32,000 nt of DNA from Desulfocapsa sulfexigens DSM 10523 (GTDB lineage Bacteria > Desulfobacterota > Desulfobulbia > Desulfobulbales > Desulfocapsaceae), in the NCBI RefSeq assembly GCF_000341395.1, contig NC_020304.1, positions 1,050,001 through 1,082,000 on the forward strand, read 5' to 3'. A program made the position numbers and the translations under genes. Position 1 is the first letter of the stretch; each line of letters starts with the position of its first letter. The notes under the pieces were generated by a model that did not search any database, had not been told where the DNA came from, and saw nothing but the letters and a program-made list of their open reading frames with translations. Of the stretch, positions 15,376 to 23,137 are shown in pieces.

Positions 15376-15404
15376 TTGACCTTTTTACTTGCAAGTGCTA
15401 TTTT
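15376..15404 (+). promoter_or_regulatory. Sigma-70-like promoter candidate for the nikR operon
   Basis: TTGACC (15376-15381), a 17-nt spacer, then TATTTT (15399-15404). The spacer contains the 10-bp palindrome ACTTGCAAGT (15387-15396). Confidence 0.35.
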
Positions 15405-15428
15405 AACACAAACTCAAAAAAGGTGTTA
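15404..15428 (+). promoter_or_regulatory. Inverted repeat TAACAC-N13-GTGTTA; candidate NikR operator
   Basis: A perfect 6-bp inverted repeat with a 13-nt spacer ends 3 nt before the nikR ATG. The half-sites resemble GTGTTAC/GTAACAC NikR half-sites recalled from comparative genomics of nickel regulons. Confidence 0.4.
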
Positions 15429-15431
15429 CAA

Positions 15432-15842
15432 ATGCTCAAACGTTTTACTGTTTCAATGGAAGACAACCTTCTTGATGATTTTGACAGTTTTATTCAGGAT
15501 CATCATTACCAGAACCGTTCAGAAGCCCTCCGTGATCTTATCCGTGGCCGCATCATAGAGAAAGAGTGGCAGGCGGACAAAGATGTGATGGGTGTAATTT
15601 CACTGGTCTACGATCATCATCAGCATAAATTGCAGGAAAAAGTGACTGAGCTGCAGCATGGCTTTCATCACCAGATCGTCTCCACCACCCATGTCCATAT
15701 GGACCACAACAACTGTCTCGAAGTAATTATTGTTCGGGGTAAGGCGGGTGTTGTCCGAGAGCTCGCCGACAACCTAAGGGCCCTGCGCGGTGTGCGAAAC
15801 AGTAATTTATCCATGAGCTCCACGGGCATCGAGCTCCACTGA
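15432..15842 (+). CDS. nikR: Nickel-responsive transcriptional regulator NikR
   Basis: MLKRFTVSMEDNLLDDFD is the ribbon-helix-helix N-terminus. The His-rich ACT-like C-terminal domain contains HHHQHK...HVHMDH. The upstream part of the listed ORF (15288-) has no homology signal. Confidence 0.9.
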   Translation: MLKRFTVSMEDNLLDDFDSFIQDHHYQNRSEALRDLIRGRIIEKEWQADKDVMGVISLVYDHHQHKLQEKVTELQHGFHHQIVSTTHVHMDHNNCLEVIIVRGKAGVVRELADNLRALRGVRNSNLSMSSTGIELH

Positions 15843-15848
15843 TCAGTT

Positions 15849-16448
15849 ATGCATATTTCTGAAGGTGTCCTGAGTGCACCGGTTCTGGCAGGTGGTGCCG
15901 TTCTCACCGCGGTGGGCACGGCCATTGGTCTGAAAAAGCTGGATTATGATCGTATCATGACCGTATCGCTGCTCTCAGCCACATTTTTTGTGGCCTCTCT
16001 GATCCATGTTCCGCTGGGACCGGGCTCTGTCCACCTCCTCCTTGGCGGTCTCCTTGGACTCATCCTTGGCTGGGGCGCATTTCCGGCAATTGTCGTGGCC
16101 CTGGCCCTGCAGACACTTTTTTTCCAGTATGGCGGCATAATCGTCCTCGGTGTCAACGGATGTGTCATTGCCGGCCCTGCAGTTCTCTGTGGCACCCTTC
16201 TCAAACCCTTTCTTTCAGGCACTAAAAAGCAGCAGTTACTTACAGGGTTTCTGGCTGGATTCTGTGCCATGTTTCTTTCAGCCCTCCTTATGGCGGCTGC
16301 CCTCTTCCTCTCCGATCACGGATTTATGAAAGTTGCAGGTCTTGTGCTGATCAGCCACCTCCCTGTTATGCTGATTGAAGGACTGATCACCATGTTTGTT
16401 GTCAGCTTTCTTATCAGGGTTCAACCAGAAATCTTCTCTCTTAACTGA
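15849..16448 (+). CDS. cbiM: ECF transporter substrate-capture component CbiM/NikM
   Basis: The N-terminus MHISEGVL, with His2, is the metal-binding signature of CbiM/NikM. The protein is polytopic. Its start is 6 nt after the nikR stop. Confidence 0.9.
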   Translation: MHISEGVLSAPVLAGGAVLTAVGTAIGLKKLDYDRIMTVSLLSATFFVASLIHVPLGPGSVHLLLGGLLGLILGWGAFPAIVVALALQTLFFQYGGIIVLGVNGCVIAGPAVLCGTLLKPFLSGTKKQQLLTGFLAGFCAMFLSALLMAAALFLSDHGFMKVAGLVLISHLPVMLIEGLITMFVVSFLIRVQPEIFSLN

Positions 16449-16459
16449 CCCAGAATACT

Positions 16460-17038
16460 ATGCTCAAACGAACAGTTTTCCTTCTCTGCTGTCTCCTTTT
16501 CCTACCCTGTCTGGCACAGGCCCATAAAATTCATGTCTTCGCCTGGGTGTCGGGGAATACGGTGACCGTGGAGTCAAGTTTTTCAGGGAACAGGCCATTA
16601 ATCAACGGGACTGTAACCATACAGGATAATAAATCCAAAGCTATTCTATTGGAGGGTACAGGAGATAAAAAAGGAATTTTTACCTTCGCTATCCCGGCCC
16701 TTGCCAGAGAAGGGAAAATGGATCTCCTGGTCGTGGTCAGCGGAAGCGAAGGACATCAGAGCCAGTGGCTGATCCCGGCAGACGAGTATCTCTCCACTCA
16801 ACCACCCGTTAACGTTCCTGCCCAGGCGCCTGCCACGGTCGACAATGACGAACTCAAAGAGATGATCCGACAAATACTCTCCCAGGAGCTTGCCCCCATC
16901 AAACGAAGCCTTGCGGCCGCTGAGAACAGAAAACCTGGTTTTCGTGACATCATAGGCGGTATCGGCTACCTTCTTGGTCTTGCGGGACTCGTTGCCTGGT
17001 TAAAAAATCGTCGTCCAACAGATCTGTCCAAGAAATGA
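16460..17038 (+). CDS. Periplasmic, C-terminally anchored accessory component of the Ni/Co ECF transporter (NikK/NikL-type, in the position of CbiN)
   Basis: The signal peptide ends ...CLAQA, so the mature N-terminus is HKIHVF. There is a beta-rich domain and a C-terminal TM, IIGGIGYLLGLAGLVAWL. The gene sits between cbiM and cbiQ. Confidence 0.5.
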   Translation: MLKRTVFLLCCLLFLPCLAQAHKIHVFAWVSGNTVTVESSFSGNRPLINGTVTIQDNKSKAILLEGTGDKKGIFTFAIPALAREGKMDLLVVVSGSEGHQSQWLIPADEYLSTQPPVNVPAQAPATVDNDELKEMIRQILSQELAPIKRSLAAAENRKPGFRDIIGGIGYLLGLAGLVAWLKNRRPTDLSKK

Positions 17039-17796
17039 TGGAGGAGCCCTTTGCCACTGGCACAAGTTTTTTCCACAGACGCGATCCCCGGGTCAAACTT
17101 ATTGCTGCCGCATGCCTCAGTCTGGTACTTGCCCTTACAACCTCATTTATAATAGCAACAACAGGCTGTCTTATTACAGCGCTTCTGCTCTTCTTTTCCA
17201 GGCCGAATCCGTCCCGTGTTCTCAAACGGATCGCAGTCGTCAATATCTTCACCCTTTTTCTTCTTCTCACCCTTCCCTTTACCTATGGTGGGGATGAGAC
17301 AGCGCACCTGCGATTCTTCCACTTCAGCCTGGATGGTCTGCACATGGCGGCACTTATTGCATTAAAGAGTAACGGAATCCTCTTCTGCTTTCTGGCACTC
17401 CTTGCCACCTCCACTACTGTGAACCTTGGCCATGGCCTGGAAAAGCTTGGGATGCCGCGTAAGCTCGTCTTCCTCCTTCTCTTTTCCTATCGTCAGCTCT
17501 TTGTTATTCACCAGGAATATACACGACTCCAGCGAGCGGCAAAACTCAGGGGCTTTATCCCCGCCAACTCACTGCACACTTACCGCACCTACGGTCATCT
17601 CTTTGGTATGACCCTGGTAAAAAGCTGGAACCGTGCAGAGCAGATACAACAGGCCATGGTACTCCGTGGCTTCAGCGGCAGACTTATTCCCCTGAACCAG
17701 CCCAGTCCCACCCGGATCGATTACTTTTTTCTCTTTATATCCCTTCTGGTCAGCCTGATACTTAGCGGTTTTTCATTTGTCCCTCTTCCACTGTGA
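17035..17796 (+). CDS. cbiQ: ECF transporter transmembrane (T) component CbiQ
   Basis: Polytopic protein in an operon with cbiM and cbiO, with length and hydrophobicity typical of the family. ATGA overlap with the upstream gene. Confidence 0.85.
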   Translation: MMEEPFATGTSFFHRRDPRVKLIAAACLSLVLALTTSFIIATTGCLITALLLFFSRPNPSRVLKRIAVVNIFTLFLLLTLPFTYGGDETAHLRFFHFSLDGLHMAALIALKSNGILFCFLALLATSTTVNLGHGLEKLGMPRKLVFLLLFSYRQLFVIHQEYTRLQRAAKLRGFIPANSLHTYRTYGHLFGMTLVKSWNRAEQIQQAMVLRGFSGRLIPLNQPSPTRIDYFFLFISLLVSLILSGFSFVPLPL

Positions 17797-17802
17797 TCCT
17801 AT

Positions 17803-18531
17803 ATGAGCAAGGCACCACTCCTCGAACTCCGTAATATCAGTTACTCTCATCCGGGCCACAGCGCACCACTGCTCGACAGTATCAGCTTCCATATCGATAC
17901 TGATCGCATTGGGCTGATTGGTCCTAATGGTTGTGGCAAGACAACATTTTTTGAAATTATAATGGGACTGCTAAAGGCTGAAACGGGAGAAATTCTCCTG
18001 GATGGTACGGTAATGGAGAATGAAAAAGATTTTCGTTCCCTGCGAAGAAAGCTAGGATTCCTCTTCCAAAACTCGGATGATCAGCTCTTTTCACCTACGG
18101 TGCTGGAGGATGTGGCATTTGGCCCTCTCAACCTTGGAATGACACCGGATAGTGCCAGGGAAGTCTCAATAAAAACCCTGGAACACCTCGGTCTGTTCGG
18201 TTTTGAAGACCGTATCACCCATAAATTATCAGGCGGCGAGAAGAAGCTTGTGGCCCTCGCCACCATCCTCTCCATGGAACCAAAACTGCTGCTCCTTGAT
18301 GAACCAAGTAACAATCTCGATCCGGCAACCAGAGAACGATTAATAGAGATCCTGCGGAACCAGGACCTGGCACATATCATCATCTCCCATGACCTGGACT
18401 TTCTTGCCTCCACCTGCAGCAGACTCTACACTCTCCACGATGGCAAACTCATCCGCTGTGAAGAGAAACAGATCCATAGCCATGAACATATTCATCCCTA
18501 TGGTGAGCACCCTCATCAGCATGGAACGTGA
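17803..18531 (+). CDS. cbiO: ECF transporter ATPase CbiO with a His-rich C-terminal tail
   Basis: Walker A GPNGCGKTT, ABC signature LSGGEKK, Walker B LLLLDEP. The tail IHSHEHIHPYGEHPHQHGT has 7 His in 19 residues. Confidence 0.9.
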   Translation: MSKAPLLELRNISYSHPGHSAPLLDSISFHIDTDRIGLIGPNGCGKTTFFEIIMGLLKAETGEILLDGTVMENEKDFRSLRRKLGFLFQNSDDQLFSPTVLEDVAFGPLNLGMTPDSAREVSIKTLEHLGLFGFEDRITHKLSGGEKKLVALATILSMEPKLLLLDEPSNNLDPATRERLIEILRNQDLAHIIISHDLDFLASTCSRLYTLHDGKLIRCEEKQIHSHEHIHPYGEHPHQHGT

Positions 18532-18546
18532 ACAGAGGAAAAGAGA

Positions 18547-18981
18547 TCATATCTGATACTGCGCCGCGATATCATCAGGGACACGGGTGGGCCGCCCACT
18601 CTTCACCGTGATCATGGTGAAACTGACATTTCCCTGGGCAGCGACCTTCTCACGCTCTCCCTTTACGATCCAGAAATTAATCATCACCCTGGCACCATGG
18701 AATTCTTCAAGCTGGGTACGTACTTTTACGACGCCGTCCTGCAGCAATATTGGCCGCTTATACTGGATATTCACCTCTGTGGCCACCCAGGAAAACCCGC
18801 GCGCCACAAACTCCTCCATTGCTACCTTGTAATCCTTTTTCATCTGGTCATAGCGGGCCATAAGGATATAATCCAGATACCTGGAATAGTGAACATGGTT
18901 ATTCATGTCGATATCATCAGGACGTACCGTAATATCTGTCTCAAAGATGGAATACATTTTTTTCCTGTAGTTGTATTTCAT
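18547..18981 (-). CDS. Acyl-CoA thioesterase, hotdog fold (4HBT family)
   Basis: VRPDDIDMNNHVHYSRYLDYI is the 4HBT signature. The ATG at 18981 is preceded by GAGGGGG. The listed ORF extends to 18999. Confidence 0.8.
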   Translation of the reverse strand: MKYNYRKKMYSIFETDITVRPDDIDMNNHVHYSRYLDYILMARYDQMKKDYKVAMEEFVARGFSWVATEVNIQYKRPILLQDGVVKVRTQLEEFHGARVMINFWIVKGEREKVAAQGNVSFTMITVKSGRPTRVPDDIAAQYQI

Positions 18982-19102
18982 AGCCCCCTCACAGTTCATC
19001 CATATTGAGCGGGTGATAAAAGTCCCTCAAAAATCACGAAGTACTCGTATAATAGGCTGACCACATAAAAGAATCACGGAAAAAACTATGGTGGTGGCAT
19101 CC

Positions 19103-19255
19103 CCACCTGAGGAGGAGTTTTTTTTCGTGTTGATTATATGGGCATCTGCGGCCTGGACGGCCGCAGCAGAGCCCCCAGGGATGGGTTTATGGCGTCCCAT
19201 ATAATCGACACGGAACAACTCCGGGTTGCAAAGCTGAGTTTCGATGGTAATCAGG
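19103..19255 (-). repeat. Structured non-coding repeat, copy B (inverted relative to copy A)
   Basis: The reverse complement aligns with 5310-5459 with a handful of substitutions and small indels. It begins 28 nt downstream of the EamA stop. Confidence 0.8.
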
Positions 19256-19283
19256 AACAGAAACGGCCGAATCTGGCAAGAAA

Positions 19284-20144
19284 TCAGATAGTATTACTCC
19301 GAATACGGCTATACACAAGCCAGAGACCACCAGTGACAATACAGAGTCCACCAATCCAGGTAGCCAGGGTCGGCACCTCACCCCAGAAGAAATAGCCATA
19401 TAGTACTGAGAGGACAACGGAGGCATAACTAGATGCGGCAATTGCCGGCGCCTTATCGTGGCGATAAGCCAAAGTAAGCAGATATTGTCCAGAGCTTGCC
19501 AGAAGTGAAACTCCGGCAATCACCCCCCACTGCTGCCAGCTAGGCATCTGGAACCTTTGGTAGCAGAGTATCCCACTGATAAGTGCCAGCAAGACGGTAA
19601 CATTAAAAACGATCACACCAGCATCATCGGTACGGGCAAGCCTTCTCACCAGAAGATGAGCAATGGCTGACGTGGCGGCGGCAAGCAGTGCCACCCAGGA
19701 TGCCACACTCCAGTCAAGTCCTGGCCGCATAATAATAAGTGAACCGGCAAGTCCACAGAGGACCGCAACCCATGCCTCTTTCGGAGCACGTTCTCCTACA
19801 ATAAAGGGTGCAGCGAGAACAAGGAGCAGAGGCTGAGTACGGCCAATAAAGACACAATCGGCAAGGGGCATATTCGTGAGGGCGTAATAAAAACTGAACA
19901 TGGCTATAGCGCCAAAGAGGGTACGGAGCAACAAAGTCTCCCAGGCTCTAGCAACCAGTGGTTTTCCCCGTTTCATAAGTGACGCAAAGAGAAAAGGAAT
20001 TGCCAGCAGACAACGAAGAAACATGAGTTCTGTGAGTGGCAGAGAATCATCAAGGGCCTTGACCAACGTGGCCATGGTCACAAAACAGATTGAAGCACAG
20101 AGCATCAGTAAAATTCCCCGTATTTTTATTGTACCGCCCTCCAT
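19284..20144 (-). CDS. EamA/DMT-family transporter
   Basis: About ten hydrophobic helices in two similar halves, and a length of 286 aa typical of EamA. Confidence 0.8.
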   Translation of the reverse strand: MEGGTIKIRGILLMLCASICFVTMATLVKALDDSLPLTELMFLRCLLAIPFLFASLMKRGKPLVARAWETLLLRTLFGAIAMFSFYYALTNMPLADCVFIGRTQPLLLVLAAPFIVGERAPKEAWVAVLCGLAGSLIIMRPGLDWSVASWVALLAAATSAIAHLLVRRLARTDDAGVIVFNVTVLLALISGILCYQRFQMPSWQQWGVIAGVSLLASSGQYLLTLAYRHDKAPAIAASSYASVVLSVLYGYFFWGEVPTLATWIGGLCIVTGGLWLVYSRIRSNTI

Positions 20145-20320
20145 TTCCTCTCCCAGTTCTTTCGGATTTTCCTTACCAGATAAGTCATATGGGGAAATTT
20201 ACACGCTCGACAAATTAAAAACAGATTTCTTTTTCCTATGGAAAGCAATAGAGAAGATGTAGACTTACGGGCAACAGATTTCCGGGATACTATCCCCTCC
20301 ACCAACTCAAACATACATTT

Positions 20321-22444
20321 ATGATAACCACTGGTATTGCCATCCTTCTTGCTATCGGCCTTATTGCGGCAAAAATATGTCAACGGATACACCTGCCTTC
20401 TGTCACCGGCTACATTATAGCCGGTTTGCTTCTTGGTCCCACCGGAATCAATCTTATATCCGAACAGTCCATCGGTCACAATCTGGATCACTTCACCAAT
20501 ATTGCCCTTATGTTGATTGCCTTTGGGATTGGTGAGCATATTGAGATTAAAAATCTCAAAAAACATGCCAGAAGCCTTCTGTTTATTGCCCTCTTTGAAA
20601 CAAGCTGTACCCTTGTTGTAGTCACATCCGCAATATTTGGAGTGATCACATTGACAGGCCTGCACATTGATGGCTGGCAGCTGAAAGAAAATCTGGCACT
20701 TTCCATTCTCCTGGGAGCCGTAAGTGTGGCGACTGCTCCTGCTGCAACGCTGCTGGTAATCCGGGAACTCAAAGCCAAAGGCCCTCTCACATCAACATTA
20801 ATGGCCATTGTCGCCATTGATAATGGGCTGGCAATCATCCTTTTTGGTTTTGCCGTATCCCTCACCCACCAGATTATAGGTCAAAGCGAAATCCCTCTGA
20901 TCTTCGCGATAGGAAATGGTTTCCTTGAAATATTCCTCTCCCTGCTCCTTGGCTGGGTTACAGGATTTTGCCTGGAAACGGTCCTGAGAAGACTCAAAAA
21001 AGATGGGGAAATGCTCACCGCCGGACTTGCTATTCTACTCCTTTGCAGTCAGTTTGCAGTATTTATGAACCTCTCAGCTCTGCTTGCAGGTATGGTCGCA
21101 GGATTTACCCTGGTAAACAAGGCAGAGCGTGATGTACGTGTGTTTCGGGTTCTAAATAGTTTTGAACCGCCCATTTATGTACTCTTTTTCACACTGGCTG
21201 GAACCCATCTTGACATTAAAACTCTGGGCAGTGTGGGAATCCTCGGTATTGTTTATTTTCTAGCCAGAATAACAGGTAAAATCAGCGGAGTTCAGCTTGG
21301 ATCTCGTTTCGGCAACACCCCTGATGTTGTCAGAAAACATCTTGGTTTCACCCTGGTTCCCCAGGCAGGAGTCGCCATTGGTCTCATTTTTCTTATCAGT
21401 GCAGACCCCAGCCTGGCATTTTACTCCTCGGTTATTACACCGGTGGTCCTCACGGGGGTGTTTCTCTCCGAGCTGATTGGCCCTCTTTCTGCAAAATTTG
21501 CGGTCATTGGAGCCAAAGAGGCCACTCTGCCTGATCATGAGGATCATGAAGAACCACAGTGTCTCGGTTTCACAGAAAAGGAATGCGATCAATTCATGAG
21601 ATCCGAGGCAGGTATAAAAATTCTCCCCTGGACCTGGCAGAAACTACAGCCTGCAGCCACCACTGAAAGCGTTGTTGTTTTTGGAGCAACACGTCGTCAT
21701 ACCGTTAACGGCATCGCAAGAATTGCTACAATTTTTGCCCATTATCATAAGGCTCTCCCCATGGCCGTACTCGTCCGGGGCGCAGATAAACCTCCGGTTC
21801 CTGCGAACTACTTCCAGACAGAACGTGAAGAAGTCAAATCCATGGGCTACAATCTATTGACTGAAGTCGTTCCAGACCGTGAAATTGCCTCGGGCCTGGT
21901 GGCAGCTGTTGAATACAACAACGCCAAGGCTGTCGTCCTCAGTTATCCCCTCCACGATGAGACCTCGGATTTCCCGAAAATACTGGAAACAGTCGCTGAA
22001 AATGTCTCCTGCCCGGTGGTGGTTGTACAATTTTATGGTATCCTGCATACAGAAAAAATCCTCGTTCCCGTCACCGATATGGACGACCTTGCTGAGGTCT
22101 ATCCAGTTGTAGCTGCACTCGATACCGTCGGTGAACATCAGATTCAACTGCTCTATCTTATCAGCTCTGATACAGACCAGGACGATATTAATGCTCATAC
22201 TGAAAGGGTCTATCACTGGCTGAAGGAACAACCCAAGCGGGTACATCTCTCAGTAAAGGCAGTCCCCACTGATTCCCGGGTGGAATGTATCCAACAGGAG
22301 GCAGAGAAACACGATATTGTTGTCATGGGAGCTATCCGCGCTCAGGGTGTCAGAAAATTTTTCTTTGGCTCACTGGCTGACAGCTTGGCAAAAAAACTGA
22401 AAAAACCTTTTATCGTGGTCTACGACGCCAAAAAAGATCAGTAA
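20321..22444 (+). CDS. CPA2-type cation:proton antiporter fused to a C-terminal tandem universal-stress-protein (USP)-like region
   Basis: The N-terminal 390 aa are polytopic with Kef/NapA-like motifs (LPSVTGYIIAGLLLGP). The C-terminal 270 aa are soluble and end in a USP-like block (HDIVVMGAIRAQGVRKFFFGSLADSL). Confidence 0.8.
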   Translation: MITTGIAILLAIGLIAAKICQRIHLPSVTGYIIAGLLLGPTGINLISEQSIGHNLDHFTNIALMLIAFGIGEHIEIKNLKKHARSLLFIALFETSCTLVVVTSAIFGVITLTGLHIDGWQLKENLALSILLGAVSVATAPAATLLVIRELKAKGPLTSTLMAIVAIDNGLAIILFGFAVSLTHQIIGQSEIPLIFAIGNGFLEIFLSLLLGWVTGFCLETVLRRLKKDGEMLTAGLAILLLCSQFAVFMNLSALLAGMVAGFTLVNKAERDVRVFRVLNSFEPPIYVLFFTLAGTHLDIKTLGSVGILGIVYFLARITGKISGVQLGSRFGNTPDVVRKHLGFTLVPQAGVAIGLIFLISADPSLAFYSSVITPVVLTGVFLSELIGPLSAKFAVIGAKEATLPDHEDHEEPQCLGFTEKECDQFMRSEAGIKILPWTWQKLQPAATTESVVVFGATRRHTVNGIARIATIFAHYHKALPMAVLVRGADKPPVPANYFQTEREEVKSMGYNLLTEVVPDREIASGLVAAVEYNNAKAVVLSYPLHDETSDFPKILETVAENVSCPVVVVQFYGILHTEKILVPVTDMDDLAEVYPVVAALDTVGEHQIQLLYLISSDTDQDDINAHTERVYHWLKEQPKRVHLSVKAVPTDSRVECIQQEAEKHDIVVMGAIRAQGVRKFFFGSLADSLAKKLKKPFIVVYDAKKDQ

Positions 22445-22567
22445 TGGGCTTGCAGAATCCATATACTCTCTATATGAATAATATTCAGTATCTAAAAATT
22501 GAGTAGAAAAACATCGTGGGAAACACACCGCGACACCACATTAAGAAAAGAGACAAAACAGGAAATC

Positions 22568-23137
22568 ATGCCAGATAGCAGAGAAGAGCTCAGAAAACTC
22601 ATTGCAGAACGCGCCCATATTGAGGACGGACACTATCGCACCCCATCGGGTATCATAACGGATCATTTCGATTTTTTTAAAATTTCCCTCAAGCATCAGG
22701 GAATAAAACTGGCAGGTGAACTTGTCTACAATGAAATCAAAGATCTCAATATCTGTGCCCTGGGCGGACCTGGCCATCCAATTGCCTCCGTCCTTTGCCG
22801 CGCTGCTTTTCTGAAAGAAATCGGGGTATTCTACATCCGTGACTCCATGCGCAAAGAAGGTAACTTAATGGAACCCAAATGGATCGAATCACGGATCAAG
22901 GCAGGGGATCGTGTGGCATTACTCGGAGATGTGGTTGCAACGGGAAGTCAGCTTATTCGGGCTCTTGAAGAAGTGATACAGTTTGGTGCCTATATTGTGA
23001 AAATTATCATCATAATAGACAGTGGAAATGGCAACGGGGTTGAAAACATACTGAAATTTGCCCAACTCAATCAGATGGATAACTGCCCTGTGGTCGCCCT
23101 CTATACAAGGGATGAAATTCTGGGAGTTGCTCCATGA
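22568..23137 (+). CDS. Phosphoribosyltransferase (type I PRTase, OPRT-like)
   Basis: PRPP-binding loop DRVALLGDVVATGSQL. The start is taken at the ATG at 22568; the listed ORF begins at a TTG at 22499. The stop overlaps the next start (ATGA at 23134-23137). Confidence 0.7.
   Translation: MPDSREELRKLIAERAHIEDGHYRTPSGIITDHFDFFKISLKHQGIKLAGELVYNEIKDLNICALGGPGHPIASVLCRAAFLKEIGVFYIRDSMRKEGNLMEPKWIESRIKAGDRVALLGDVVATGSQLIRALEEVIQFGAYIVKIIIIIDSGNGNGVENILKFAQLNQMDNCPVVALYTRDEILGVAP

Noticed and set aside
15288-15431. Upstream extension of the NikR ORF (listed start 15288)
   Set aside because: The ribbon-helix-helix begins at the ATG at 15432. The extension covers the promoter and operator-like sequence and has no homology signal.
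5310-19255. Composite transposon or genomic island bounded by the inverted repeats
   Set aside because: There is no transposase, integrase or recombinase between the repeats, and no direct target duplications are visible. The enclosed genes look like ordinary chromosomal functions. The inversion possibility is retained only as a low-interest finding.
20145-20320. Possible riboswitch leader (for example c-di-AMP or K+-related) upstream of the antiporter
   Set aside because: I could not identify any conserved riboswitch core or stable multi-helix fold by eye.
20126-20665. Minus-strand 179-aa Cys-containing ORF spanning the EamA/antiporter intergenic region
   Set aside because: It is antisense to the well-supported N-terminus of the CPA2 antiporter and overlaps the EamA start. 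It has no motifs and no Shine-Dalgarno.
22475-22487. 13-bp palindrome TGAATAATATTCA upstream of the PRTase gene
   Set aside because: It is short and lies in an AT-rich context, so a chance palindrome is plausible. No adjacent regulator or repeat copy supports a function.
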